Notes: generated by a model from the letters alone, not told the origin. Positions 27,151 through 37,361 are shown, numbered from the stretch's first letter. The stretch: 64,000 bases of DNA from Candidatus Micrarchaeota archaeon (GCA_043803815.1 JAZDJR010000014.1:32001-96000), one strand, 5' to 3'. Translations and numbers: made by a program.

Positions 27151-27302
27151 TTGGGGGTTGCCGGGTTTGGATTGGGTTGTTCCGCGAGGAAACGGTATAC
27201 CGGAATCGTGCAGTCCATGAATTCAAGTGAAAATGGGCTTTTCACCAAAGATTCAGTTCCACGAGGGCTTCATGAATACTCGCCATGTCCAAACAACCCC
27301 AA
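27151..27302. other. Intergenic inverted-repeat-bounded structured element (ncRNA or MITE candidate)
   Basis: TTGGG(G)TTG arms at 27151 and 27172 pair with AACAACCCCAA (27292-27302); inner CATGAA/TTCATG and GTGAAAA/TTTTCAC stems. Confidence 0.35.
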
Positions 27303-27366
27303 ATCGATTATACGTTAATTATAATTAACACAGATTTATCTAGTTTGGGCTTTTTTAGCCGAGGCG

Positions 27367-30300
27367 TTACGGTGCCGTGTTCCCCTGTTCGTCGGTTTTG
27401 AGTATCCAAAAGTCGGTGTTGTTGCTTGTAATAGATTTTTGGCTGGCTATGATGTATCCGTTGTCATTGGTGTTTTGGACGCTCATGCCGTAGTCCGTAT
27501 AACTTCCGCCGTAGTTTTTGTTCCAATCCATGTTTCCGAGGGAATTGGTTTTAATGAGCCATAAGTCGGTTCCGTTTCCGCTTTTTTGGCCGGTTAGGAT
27601 GTATCCGTTGTCGGGGGTTTGTTGGACAAAGTAGGCTCGGTTGTCTCCGCTGGTTCCGAATGTTTTCTGCCATTGTTGGTTTCCGGTTGAGTCGGTTTTG
27701 ATTAGCCATGCAGCCCCCTGTCCGCCGCCTAATCCGAATACCGCTGCGAGAACGTAACCGCCGTCGGTTGTGGTGTCAACGGAGTACGCGATTTCGCTCA
27801 TGCTTGTGGTTCCGAATGTTTTTTCCCATTGGAAAACGCCTTGTAAATTGATTTTTACGAGCCAGGCATCAACCATATTTTGGGTGGTGTCGCCTGAAAT
27901 AATGTATCCGTTTGGGGTTGCCTTGATTTGGGTTCCTTCGTTATCCCCGCTTCGGCTTAGGCGCAATGCAAAAGTATGGTTGTTGGTGTCGGTGCAGTTT
28001 CCGGTTGTTCCATAGTTGCACGTGTTTCCTTGGGAATTGGTTTTGATTATCCATAAGTCAGAGCCTTGGCTTCCGAATGATTTGGTGAATCCTGCCAGGA
28101 TGTATCCTCCGTCGCTGGTTTTTTGGATTGATTTGAATCGGTCGTCGCCTGTTCCGCCGAATGTTTTTTGCCATTGTTGGTTTCCAAATGAATCGGTTTT
28201 GACGAGCCATGCGTCGAAGTTTCCTGCTCCGCTGGATTTGGTGTAGCCTGCCAATAAGTATCCGTTGTCATTGGTTTGTACGAGTTCTTCCGCGTAATCA
28301 TATTGGGTTCCGCCGAATGTTTTGTTCCAGTCCATGGTTCCGTTTGGTTGCAGTTTGATTAGCCAGGCGTCCACGTCAGCGTCGTTCGGTTGGGTGGTTC
28401 CAATCGCAATGTATCCAAAGTCGGCTGTTTGTTGGGCGAAATATGCCCTGTCCGGTTTTGAACCGCCAAAGGTTACATTGAATGTTGGCGTTGGTGGTGC
28501 TTGGGTTTCTTCGCAGTCGTAACAGCCGGTTAATTGTTTGTCGTGGTGGAAGCGCGGCCACTGCTGGTTTTCTGAAACAAAGGGAGAATCCGTGTCCCAG
28601 ACATATAGCGAACCGCGGAATTTGTCCATGTGGGTTTGAGGGTTATAATCCCAGTTCGAACTGGCGGCGATTTCCACTTTCGAATCGCGGTCCAAGTCGA
28701 CGATGACTGCCGGTGCTTGCGCGTCGACATCGGTAAACAAGGGAAACCCATCAAGTGTTTCGCCGGTGAATGTCCAACCGTAGACTCCTCCGCCTCCAAA
28801 AGTCCAACTGCCCGCGGTGGTGGCCAAGGCCTTATTTCCTTGGTTAAGGCTTCCAACTACGGGGGAGTAATAGTCCCTCCAAGAAGTGTATTTGGGCCAG
28901 CCGGGTAGGGTTTCGCCGTTCGAGTTGAAAATATGCGTATATTGGGAAAGGTTGCTTGCGACGATTTCCAAATGGCGGTCCCCATCGAGGTCAAACAATG
29001 CTGGAGTGGACTGGTATTTTTTTCCCATTTGTTGTGGCCATCCCGGCAGTTCCTGGCCTTGGCGGTTGAAAGCATGGATTCCCCCGAATTGGTTGTCGGG
29101 GAAAGTGTCGGAATTGTACAAGAGTCCGATGATGATTTCCTGCATTCCGTCGTTTTGCAAATCGCCAACTACAGGAGAGGAAAGCGCGAATCCCGGCAGG
29201 GTTATAGGCCAGCCGTTCACAGGAGTTCCATTGCGGTTGTAGACTCCCAGTATTCCGTTGTTTACCCATTGCTGACCGTCGAAGAAGCTGTCCGCAGTAC
29301 TCACCACGATTTCGAGGTCGGGATCGTCATCAAAATTTCCCATGGCGGGAACCCCGCTTATGCTGCCAAACAAATTGGAATGTGGTAAACCCCATTGGGA
29401 AAGAATGGTTCCAGTGGAGGAAAGTACAGTGACCAGTTCATTGCCGTAAGGATTTAAATTTCCCTTGACGATTATTTCGATACTTCCGTCGCGGTCCAAA
29501 TCCGCGGCTGCAAGGTTGTTCTTATAATCAAAGGGCAAAGTCATTGGCCAGCCATTGACCAACGTACCGTCGCTGTTGAAAGCGAAGATTTTGGAATACG
29601 CTTGCTCGGGTTGTATATAATCGTCATAATAGTCACCGACCACGAGTTCATCCAAGCCGTCGTTATCCAAATCGATTAGGAGCGGGTGTTGGAGATTGCT
29701 GCCCTGGCCATCATTGGTTCCCACAGAGATGACGGAAAGTAACGTGCCGCTTTCATTGAAAATTTTGATTTTTGGGGGGTGTCCACCTGTGTAAACGGCG
29801 TATTCCAAATTGGCATCGCCGGTCACATTGCCGATGACTGGTTCTATTAACCCCGGCCAAATCGGGTAGGTTTCACCCCAGTCGGTAAATATTTCATTTG
29901 GAATATGGACCGGCCAATTGTTTTTGAGGGCGGGGTCGCTATACAAATAGTCCAGTTGGAGGGAATCGGTTAACCCGGGCACGAAAGTGATGAGGGCACG
30001 GATTTTGACTGTTCCTTTTTCGGTCATGAATCCGGGGGCAATGGTGGCCGAAAGGTTGGCGGGGTTGGTGGTTACGCTCTGCGAGGTCCAATCGGAGGGA
30101 GGTACTTGGTATTGCACGACGAAGTTTTGGATTTCGAGGTTGTTGGTGTTTTCGATGGCTATTTGTGTTGTCTTGTTGGGGTTTAGGATGTCCCCTTCCA
30201 TCGGTTCGATGAATTGGAAGCGCTCGATTTTGAAAATTCCATAATCGTTGAAGGAATTGTTGCTATCTTCGATGGCCTGCAGTCGCAACAAATATCGACC

Positions 30301-32307
30301 TTGGGGCAGTGTGAGCGTGGAAAAATTTTCCATGAGAATACCGTTGGATGGGATTTGGGTGGATTCGGTTATGGTGTCCCAGTCGCTTTCCGAATATTCA
30401 TTGAGATTTTTTTCGATGGCGATAGCCAGCGTATAGCGGGTGAAATCCGTGCCGGCAATCCGACCGGTGATATTGAACGTGTTTTGGTCTTGGGGCAGGG
30501 GGTCGAGCTGAACCTCAAGGGCTTTTTGTAGCCGGACGGCTTGCAAGGCATTTACAAGGCCGGTTCCTTGGGAGGTTATTTTTTCGGAAGCCGGCAGTAG
30601 TTCCGCGGTTTTTTTAATCGCGGTTTTGACTTGCAAAGGCGACCAACCAGGATGCGCCTGTTTTACGAGTGCTGCAAGGCCTGCTGTGTGCGGAGTTGCC
30701 ATCGAGGTTCCGGAAATCGCGACGTGCTGGTCATCCAAGCATTCATTGCTTGACCAAGCGTTGTCCCATTGGGCAGCGCAAATCGAAACTCCCGGAGCCA
30801 CAATATCGGGTTTTACAAGGGAAACTGTTTCGTTGTTTTCGTTGGTCCAAATGACTGGTCCGCGTGAACTGAAATAGGCCATGTTTTTTTGTTTGTCAAC
30901 CGCGCCAACCGTAATGGCGTTTCTTGCGGTTCCAGGGGAACCAATAGTTTGTTCGCTGGAGCCTGAATTGCCCGCCGCGATTGCGGCAATAACTCCCGCA
31001 TTGACTGCGTTGTCAATCGCTTGGCTTAATTCGTCGTCCGGGTTTCCCTCTCCGCCCAGGCTCAAATTGATTACATCCAAATGGTCGCTTGTATCCCCAT
31101 TCTGGTTGGGGTCTGTGCTGTATTCAATGCCATTGAGGATTGCCGAGTAGGGGCAGCTTCCATATGAATCGCATACCTTGTAGGAATATATTGTGGCTTC
31201 TGGTGCTACTCCTTTTAGTGTTCCGTTTCCGGCTGCGGTTGCGGCTACGTGGGTTCCGTGGCCCATGTCATCCATGGGGTCTAAATCATTATTGACAAAA
31301 TCGTATCCTCCGATTACTTTGCATCCGGTTCCAAAGCAGCCGCCTAAATCGGGGTGGGTGTAGTCTACTCCGGTGTCGATGATTCCGATTTTGATTCCTT
31401 GTCCGGTCAAGCAGTCGTTGGTTCGAATTGTATTTCTGGGGCAGGCTGTGGCGGGAATTGGTTTGGATGGCAATATGCTGTTGCCGGTTAAGGGGGATTG
31501 GTTTTCGGTTTCTGAAATCCCGGTCGGTGTATTGGATGAGTTTTCGGTCGGTATTTTGGTTGGAATGCATTTGGTGCTGCAGGTTTGTCCTTGGGCGTTT
31601 ATTTTCCACACGTCATCCGCGTGGATGAGGGGAACCGAGTCCATGAGGTTGGTGTGGGCAATGTAGTTGGGGGATATTTTGAAAGAATTATTTTTGACAA
31701 ATTCCAATTGTTCTTTTGGGATTTTGACGGCAAACCCGTTGAACACGAGTTTGTACGAGTTTTTGATTTGTACTCCCGCGTATTGGGTTAGGGTTTGGCG
31801 TGCTTGGTTTTGCTGGGTTTCGAGTACCTGTTTGTAAGCGGTTAATTCGCTTGTGATTTGTTCGGACGTTGCCTTGTTTTTTTCAAGTTCAATTTTTTTT
31901 TCAATGATTGATGGGCCTAGCGTGATAATGTATTCGTTTGGAACAACGCTCGCGAGTTTGTCGGTTTTTTGGGTAATTATTTCGCCGGCTTCGACGGTTT
32001 GGTTTTTGTAAATTTCTTGTTGGTTGGCTATGCGGGTAAAATAAGCGCCTTTGGGAAAAACTCCTTTGAGAACGGTTTGGTTTCCGCTTTGTTCGGTCCA
32101 ATAAACCAGTTCGGGATTTGCTGAATCGGATTGCAAAGAATTGGGGGGTCGGGAATTGGATTGGGGGTTTTCAACGGGGTTGGGAAGCAATTGGTTGGGG
32201 CTTGCAGAACCCGTGTTTTTTGGGATGGCCTGACCGAATTGTGGAAAGCCGGTCAAAAAGAGGCTGATAATGATTAAAGCGGCCAGTGCAATAATCGTTA
32301 TTCTCAT
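27367..32307 (-). CDS. Secreted S8 subtilisin-like protease with I9 prodomain, FG-GAP/VCBS repeats and C-terminal beta-propeller
   Basis: Catalytic triad IIDTG, HGTH and GTSMA; DLDxDGxxE repeats; W.KTFGG...D repeats; signal peptide MRITIIALAALIIISLF. Confidence 0.92.
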   Translation of the reverse strand: MRITIIALAALIIISLFLTGFPQFGQAIPKNTGSASPNQLLPNPVENPQSNSRPPNSLQSDSANPELVYWTEQSGNQTVLKGVFPKGAYFTRIANQQEIYKNQTVEAGEIITQKTDKLASVVPNEYIITLGPSIIEKKIELEKNKATSEQITSELTAYKQVLETQQNQARQTLTQYAGVQIKNSYKLVFNGFAVKIPKEQLEFVKNNSFKISPNYIAHTNLMDSVPLIHADDVWKINAQGQTCSTKCIPTKIPTENSSNTPTGISETENQSPLTGNSILPSKPIPATACPRNTIRTNDCLTGQGIKIGIIDTGVDYTHPDLGGCFGTGCKVIGGYDFVNNDLDPMDDMGHGTHVAATAAGNGTLKGVAPEATIYSYKVCDSYGSCPYSAILNGIEYSTDPNQNGDTSDHLDVINLSLGGEGNPDDELSQAIDNAVNAGVIAAIAAGNSGSSEQTIGSPGTARNAITVGAVDKQKNMAYFSSRGPVIWTNENNETVSLVKPDIVAPGVSICAAQWDNAWSSNECLDDQHVAISGTSMATPHTAGLAALVKQAHPGWSPLQVKTAIKKTAELLPASEKITSQGTGLVNALQAVRLQKALEVQLDPLPQDQNTFNITGRIAGTDFTRYTLAIAIEKNLNEYSESDWDTITESTQIPSNGILMENFSTLTLPQGRYLLRLQAIEDSNNSFNDYGIFKIERFQFIEPMEGDILNPNKTTQIAIENTNNLEIQNFVVQYQVPPSDWTSQSVTTNPANLSATIAPGFMTEKGTVKIRALITFVPGLTDSLQLDYLYSDPALKNNWPVHIPNEIFTDWGETYPIWPGLIEPVIGNVTGDANLEYAVYTGGHPPKIKIFNESGTLLSVISVGTNDGQGSNLQHPLLIDLDNDGLDELVVGDYYDDYIQPEQAYSKIFAFNSDGTLVNGWPMTLPFDYKNNLAAADLDRDGSIEIIVKGNLNPYGNELVTVLSSTGTILSQWGLPHSNLFGSISGVPAMGNFDDDPDLEIVVSTADSFFDGQQWVNNGILGVYNRNGTPVNGWPITLPGFALSSPVVGDLQNDGMQEIIIGLLYNSDTFPDNQFGGIHAFNRQGQELPGWPQQMGKKYQSTPALFDLDGDRHLEIVASNLSQYTHIFNSNGETLPGWPKYTSWRDYYSPVVGSLNQGNKALATTAGSWTFGGGGVYGWTFTGETLDGFPLFTDVDAQAPAVIVDLDRDSKVEIAASSNWDYNPQTHMDKFRGSLYVWDTDSPFVSENQQWPRFHHDKQLTGCYDCEETQAPPTPTFNVTFGGSKPDRAYFAQQTADFGYIAIGTTQPNDADVDAWLIKLQPNGTMDWNKTFGGTQYDYAEELVQTNDNGYLLAGYTKSSGAGNFDAWLVKTDSFGNQQWQKTFGGTGDDRFKSIQKTSDGGYILAGFTKSFGSQGSDLWIIKTNSQGNTCNYGTTGNCTDTNNHTFALRLSRSGDNEGTQIKATPNGYIISGDTTQNMVDAWLVKINLQGVFQWEKTFGTTSMSEIAYSVDTTTDGGYVLAAVFGLGGGQGAAWLIKTDSTGNQQWQKTFGTSGDNRAYFVQQTPDNGYILTGQKSGNGTDLWLIKTNSLGNMDWNKNYGGSYTDYGMSVQNTNDNGYIIASQKSITSNNTDFWILKTDEQGNTAP

Positions 32308-32486
32308 GAATGGCTGGGATAACTGACTTGGCATGGTTTTCAACAAAACCGTGTCTTTCAGTCTTTTTATTCGTTCCTTTTTTGCGTTTTTCCTCATTAA
32401 ACCGACTTTAATTAAAACGCAGCGACAATTAAAAAAACGGGGTGTAAAGGGTTTTAAAGTTAAAACGCGTTATTTTAGCGGTTTTT

Positions 32487-32951
32487 ATGGCTCATGAGCG
32501 TCCCCAGCAAAAGGTTTCCGGCCAGCAGGCGATGAACGCGTTTGGCTCGATTCAGGCGGACATTAGGGCCCTTAATTCGTCGGTTTTACTCTTGAGCCAA
32601 AAAATGCAGTATTTGGTGCGCAATGAAAAAATTTTGGGGCGCAATTTGATTGTGCTTTCCAAGCGCTTAAAAGAAAGGGAAACCGAAGGCCTTGAAAAAA
32701 GCGGGGGGCAACTGCCGCCCCAGTTTTTGCAGGAATTTTCAGAGGTTAAAACCAAAGTCGAGTCGCACGAACGCACGTTACTCGAGCTTCAAAACGATGT
32801 TGCCGAAATCAAGGACCGCTATGCCAAAGCCGATTCCGTCAGCGAACTCAAATATGTGATTGACGCGATTAACCCCTTGGAATTCGTCACCGTAAAACAG
32901 GTTCAGGAATTATTGGAAAAAGAAAAAAGCGCTGTTCAAAAGAAAAAATGA
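32487..32951 (+). CDS. Coiled-coil hypothetical protein
   Basis: 154-aa ORF with heptad pattern and ELKYVIDAINPLEF C-terminus. Confidence 0.75.
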   Translation: MAHERPQQKVSGQQAMNAFGSIQADIRALNSSVLLLSQKMQYLVRNEKILGRNLIVLSKRLKERETEGLEKSGGQLPPQFLQEFSEVKTKVESHERTLLELQNDVAEIKDRYAKADSVSELKYVIDAINPLEFVTVKQVQELLEKEKSAVQKKK

Positions 32952-32962
32952 TTTGTAAAAAA

Positions 32963-33088
32963 TTAACTGTTCAGGATTTTGAATAATTCTTTCTCGCTTA
33001 AACAGCGGCCTTTTTTAATTTCCTGACGAATATTTTCCAGTTCTTCCATCTTCTTTTTGCCAAGTCGAATTATACGCATATTTTTCAT
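32963..33088 (-). CDS. 41-aa orphan antitoxin-like peptide or fragment
   Basis: Manual translation MKNMRIIRLGKKKMEELENIRQEIKKGRCLSEKELFKILNS resembles the C-termini of archaeal RelB-type antitoxins. Confidence 0.4.
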   Translation of the reverse strand: MKNMRIIRLGKKKMEELENIRQEIKKGRCLSEKELFKILNS

Positions 33089-33130
33089 TTGAATAACGGC
33101 TTAAAAGTTTAAAACTGTTTCGCGAAAAGC

Positions 33131-33172
33131 CGGCTATCCGCACCCAATCGCCGCAGGGCTGTTTTTGGTTTA
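33131..33172 (-). repeat. Family II dispersed repeat overlapping a stop codon
   Basis: Reverse complement TAAACCAAAAACAGCCCTGCGGCGATTGGGTGCGGATAGCCG. Confidence 0.75.
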
Positions 33173-33739
33173 TTTGATTTCCAGCTTTTTTTTGAGGCGT
33201 TCGATGGTTTCAAGGCCGTGCGAAACTTGAGGCAACATTCCGATGATGATGCGCCGGATTCGTCGTGCCATGATGACGTCAAATTGGCCGGATTGGCAGG
33301 TAATGGCGGAATTGCAATGCTGGTAAATCCGGCATAATCGGTTTTTCGATTGGTGCAAGTCTTGCTCGGCTTTTCGGATGGCGTTCGGCGTGGGCCGGAT
33401 GCCTCCCCTGTTCAGGAACCGTTCAAAACGGTCGAGTTCGGGAATGGTTTGGGAAATGCGGTCGGATCCTTTTTTGATTTCGTCGGCGAATTGTGCAAGT
33501 TTGTTTGCTTTGCGTTTGGGTCCAATGCTCTTTTTTCGGGCTTTGGCGAATTCGGCTTGCAACACCGCCAAGTCCTGCGGGGGGCGATTGGCAAAAAAAT
33601 TGTTTTGGGCGACCAATGCTCCGATGGTCACGGGTTTTTTGGATTGCAATAGGGAGTTCAAGTTTTTGGCCATGCGCCGCGCACTTTTGCGAAGGCTTTT
33701 TTCGCGTTGTTTTCCGGTTTTCCAAATTCGCTTAGGCAT
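33170..33739 (-). CDS. Hypothetical Arg/Lys-rich protein
   Basis: 189-aa ORF starting 3 nt after the stop of the HerA-like gene. Confidence 0.6.
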   Translation of the reverse strand: MPKRIWKTGKQREKSLRKSARRMAKNLNSLLQSKKPVTIGALVAQNNFFANRPPQDLAVLQAEFAKARKKSIGPKRKANKLAQFADEIKKGSDRISQTIPELDRFERFLNRGGIRPTPNAIRKAEQDLHQSKNRLCRIYQHCNSAITCQSGQFDVIMARRIRRIIIGMLPQVSHGLETIERLKKKLEIK

Positions 33740-33742
33740 GCA

Positions 33743-35257
33743 TCATGCTCCGGATTGGCTTAAGGTGGGGCGAAGCAGGACGCGGTAGGGTTTTCGGTTT
33801 TCAATCCGGACTCCGGCGTCGTTTTGGCCGACAATGGAAATTTCACAGGAAATGTTTTCGAACAAGGATTGGTTTACGTCGCTTGGTTTTGCGGCGGAGA
33901 CAAAAAATCCGATTCCGTTGGCGCTGGCGGTTTTCAAATCATTGAGGATGAGTTCCTGTATTTTCCAGTCCGCTTGGCGGCCCAAAAGGTTTTCGATTTC
34001 GGGCAAAGCGATTACGGCTTTGACGGGTTTTGAATTGCCCTGCGTTTTGTAATAATCGTTTAGTTCGCGGATTAGCGCGTGCAATAAAATCAGTTTGGCG
34101 CGGTTGTCCCATTCGTTTAGCTTGAGCAGGCTTGCGCGCCCAAGGCCGGTTCCCCAGCTTTTGGCCAGTTCATTGACTTGGTTTGGGCCGTTGAATACTC
34201 CCGGATACCGGTTTTCAATGAGCAGGCAAAGGCGAACCGCTTTTCGCAGCTGGAATTGCGTTCTTTGGTTTTTGGGCTGCAGTATGCCGATTCGTTCGAT
34301 AGTTTGGCTCCAGTTTTGCGCCAGATTGTTGGACAAAATATCGTGTATAACGCTTACCGCGGGGGTTTGCCCGGTCCGGAACAAATCCAATGCCGCCATT
34401 ACGTCGATTTTGGACAGGTTGATTTTGACGTTTGAGGGAACCGTCATTTCCAAAACCGGAAATCCGATGGGTTCCAAAGAAACCTTGTTTTTGGCAAGTT
34501 CGGTTCGGCTGGGATTCTGGTTTTGCAGGCCGTCCAGATGGTTTTTGGGGTCGAATGCCAAAACACCCGTGGAAGAAAGCAATGCACTTTCCACAAATAC
34601 CTGCAATAAGCGGTAGCGGTCCTGCGGTGTTCCTCCGGAAGCCATTGTTTTTTTGAACAATACGAACGGTTCCTGAATTACGGTTTGGTTTTTGTCCAGG
34701 CCAAGCCAGAATTGGCCCGTATTGGGGTATTGCACGTCGACCGGTTTTTGCTCGGTGTTTTGAACGGCTAAAGTTTGAATGGAAGCGCCGCTTAATGCCA
34801 GCCAGTTTAAAGGGGATGAAAAAAAAGCGGTTTTTTGCTGGTCGGATGCCTCGTGAAGCGGCCTTATTTCAAGTGAAAGCGCTTTGGCTCTGGCAAGCAC
34901 CAATTTTTCGGCTTGCTGCAATTGCGTTTCAAGCGTTTGCAGTTCGGAATTGATTTTGTCGGTTTCGTTGATGCAAAAAACGGGTTCGCTTTGAACGAAT
35001 AAGAATCCGAAAAATCGGTCTTGGCTTTTTTTGGTTATCGCAAGGCCGCTTCCCGAAAGCAGGACCAATAGCGGTTCGGGGTCTTCTTTGGTGACAAACG
35101 CTTTGTACAGTTCAAGGGCCAGGCCTGCGGATTCTTCGGCGGTTTTTTTTTCAAAAACCACGACCAATAATCGCCCGGCGTTGTCCGTCCAGATTTGGGT
35201 TTGGTGGCCCTGGCTGTCGCCTTCGGACAATATTTTCCAGTTTTCGCTTAAAATCAA
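33743..35257 (-). CDS. HerA/FtsK-like P-loop protein with degenerate Walker motifs
   Basis: FWLGLDK...KKTMASGGTPQDRYRLLQVFVESALLSSTGVLAFDPKN and KAVIALPEIENL align to HerA/DUF853 motifs; C-terminal PYRVLLRPTLS. Start uncertain. Confidence 0.65.
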   Translation of the reverse strand: MILSENWKILSEGDSQGHQTQIWTDNAGRLLVVVFEKKTAEESAGLALELYKAFVTKEDPEPLLVLLSGSGLAITKKSQDRFFGFLFVQSEPVFCINETDKINSELQTLETQLQQAEKLVLARAKALSLEIRPLHEASDQQKTAFFSSPLNWLALSGASIQTLAVQNTEQKPVDVQYPNTGQFWLGLDKNQTVIQEPFVLFKKTMASGGTPQDRYRLLQVFVESALLSSTGVLAFDPKNHLDGLQNQNPSRTELAKNKVSLEPIGFPVLEMTVPSNVKINLSKIDVMAALDLFRTGQTPAVSVIHDILSNNLAQNWSQTIERIGILQPKNQRTQFQLRKAVRLCLLIENRYPGVFNGPNQVNELAKSWGTGLGRASLLKLNEWDNRAKLILLHALIRELNDYYKTQGNSKPVKAVIALPEIENLLGRQADWKIQELILNDLKTASANGIGFFVSAAKPSDVNQSLFENISCEISIVGQNDAGVRIENRKPYRVLLRPTLSQSGA

Positions 35258-35357
35258 CCCATCGCCTTTCGATAGGTTTAATGAATTTTGAAGTATAAAA
35301 AAACGGGTGGCTTCAACCAAAGGCCATTTAAATACCTTTTTTCCTATTTTTAGCGTT

Positions 35358-35915
35358 ATGGTCGACCGTGAAGTCGTATTGTCCACCATCCGAAAAATGC
35401 TGGACGCGGGCCTAAACGACCAGGTCATTACCACTACTTTGTCCGATGTCGGTTTGACCCCTGCTGAAATCAAATCGTATCTTGGCGAAGCCAAAAAACC
35501 GGTCGATTCCCGCCAAGCGCGGGCTTCTGTCGAGCCTGTTGTTTCAGCGGAATCTTCATTGGATTCTTCGGCTTCTTCCGATTCGGATTCTTCGGTTTCC
35601 GATTCTGTCCAAAACCCGCTAGCCGAAGAAAACGAGTTGCTGCATGAAACCACGCATTTGTCCTTGGCGGAAAACCAGGAAGTCTTGCAGGAGTTGACCG
35701 ACCGCTTAAGCCGCATCGAATCCTTATTGGCAGCATTATCCAAGATTCCAGTTTCGGAACTGAATATCAAAATCGGCTCTTTGGACAAGAAAATTTCGGA
35801 CAATATCCGCGAAATTGCGGATGTAAAAGCACAGACTTCCGCTTTGCTGGAAATACTGGAAAAAATTCTGGAAACCGACCGGAACACGCTGTTGGAACTT
35901 CAAAAGAAAAAATAA
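35358..35915 (+). CDS. Coiled-coil hypothetical protein
   Basis: Helical N-domain (TIRKMLDAGLNDQVI), Ser-rich linker and C-terminal coiled coil. Confidence 0.75.
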   Translation: MVDREVVLSTIRKMLDAGLNDQVITTTLSDVGLTPAEIKSYLGEAKKPVDSRQARASVEPVVSAESSLDSSASSDSDSSVSDSVQNPLAEENELLHETTHLSLAENQEVLQELTDRLSRIESLLAALSKIPVSELNIKIGSLDKKISDNIREIADVKAQTSALLEILEKILETDRNTLLELQKKK

Positions 35916-35963
35916 CTGTCCGTCTCGTCGCCGCTGGCGGGCTGTTTTGGGTTTAAGCGATGC
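35914..35963 (-). repeat. Family II dispersed repeat between convergent stop codons
   Basis: Reverse complement GCATCGCTTAAACCCAAAACAGCCCGC-CA-GCGGCGACGAGACGGACAGTT. Confidence 0.78.
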
Positions 35964-36165
35964 GGTTGGTTTTTATCCCGTTCAAATAAGATTTGATATT
36001 TTGGATTGTTTCTTTTCGAAGCCTTGCTTGGGCTTTGGGGGTCATCCAGCCAAAGTGCGGGGTCAAATAGGCGTTGTCGAGTTTTTGGAATTGTTTTCGA
36101 ATTTTGGGTTCTTCGATGGCTTCAAACCATGCGTAAAAATACAAAAAAATAAACGCGGTTTTCAT
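35953..36165 (-). pseudogene. C-terminal fragment of a D-isomer 2-hydroxyacid dehydrogenase
   Basis: LDNAYLTPHFGWMTPKAQARL...QNIKSYLNG is the terminal TPH motif; the rest of the enzyme is absent. Confidence 0.7.
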
Positions 36166-36225
36166 GAATGGTTCCGACTGTTCCAGCTTTTACCATTTAG
36201 CGGTTGAGCGGGAAACCCCGCGACT

Positions 36226-37104
36226 TTAGGATTCGATGTACAGAACGGTTATTCTTCTGAGGGACACTCCTTCCTTGGATGTGCCGGCATCAAATTCGGT
36301 TGATTTTATTTTTAAATAGGATACTCCGCTTTCCGTTTCTTCTATTAGGACCGTGTCCCCTGCGTCCGATTCATAGATTCCGTTTAATATTTTTGGCTCG
36401 TACGTTCCCGCGTCGGTTCGAGTAAGCACGTACCACCTCACGAGGTTTAGGCCGTAGGTTGTCGAAACGCCGGGCGAAAAGAAGCTGTCGGTTCCGCCCG
36501 TATAATCCAGGCCGAAAAATACTTTTTTTACATTGCTGCCAACGAAGGCTTGGATCTTTCGGTATCCCCCGCTTTCAAACAAATTTCCTTTAACGTAATG
36601 ATGAATTGAGAGGCTCAAGGGTTCTGCTAGGGCCGCGTTGGCGGCTTCCAAATCGGAGAGGCAGGAATTTTTTTCTCCAAGTAAAGTTTCTTTCATGGCA
36701 TTGCAGTCATTGAACTGGTTTTGAACGCCGGCTTTTGCCTCAATGCACGTGGTTAACTGGGAACTCAAGGAGGCAGCCACGGCATTGCAGTCCGCGGATA
36801 CCGGGCAAACCGGGCAGTCGCAATCCACCTCCGGACAATTGCAATCGGGATTTGCCAGACTGGTTTTACAGGTTTCTTTTTCTTCAAGGCAGTTTGAAAG
36901 GTTTTCATTCACTTGATTGTATTGAACCCGCAGTTCATCCAAAGTAGCTGCCGCGTTTTCAGTATTTTCCCCCGTGTTTTCCGGAGAAATCTGCCGTTGC
37001 AACGGAGGAGTGCTTGCGTTTTGTTCCGGCTGGCTAAGGGTACAGCCGCCCAACAGAATCAAACCGGTTACTACAAAAAAAAGAACCATTATTTTTGCTT
37101 TCAT
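36226..37104 (-). CDS. Lipoprotein with Cys-rich coiled coil
   Basis: Lipobox LGGC; CNCPEVDCDCPVCP; periodic Cys in heptads. Confidence 0.75.
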   Translation of the reverse strand: MKAKIMVLFFVVTGLILLGGCTLSQPEQNASTPPLQRQISPENTGENTENAAATLDELRVQYNQVNENLSNCLEEKETCKTSLANPDCNCPEVDCDCPVCPVSADCNAVAASLSSQLTTCIEAKAGVQNQFNDCNAMKETLLGEKNSCLSDLEAANAALAEPLSLSIHHYVKGNLFESGGYRKIQAFVGSNVKKVFFGLDYTGGTDSFFSPGVSTTYGLNLVRWYVLTRTDAGTYEPKILNGIYESDAGDTVLIEETESGVSYLKIKSTEFDAGTSKEGVSLRRITVLYIES

Positions 37105-37361
37105 TTACCGGTGCCCCGCTACCGGCAACAAAAAGGCCGTTCTAATATTTAAGTTTTTGCATCCCGCCGCTTTACGACCTCGTCGTTTTAGCCCGTGTTT
37201 TTGTTAGCAGTATAGATTTTCCAAACCAAAGACTGAAAAGTTTGGAACTCCAAAAGAGCAATTTGATTTTTTTTAATTGAACGAAAAATTTGAACGAAAA
37301 AATAACCGCTTTTTGGATTTTCGATTTCGAATTTCGTTTTGTTTTCTCTGGATTTTTTTCT

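Noticed and set aside
27151-27302. RNase P, SRP or 5S RNA
   Set aside because: GAGGAAA is present, but the P4 partner, the SRP helix 8 motif and 5S signatures were not found.
35258-35887. N-terminal ~210 aa of the 714-aa ORF 33743..35887
   Set aside because: Antisense to the more plausible coiled-coil gene 35358..35915 and crosses an AT-rich divergent promoter region.
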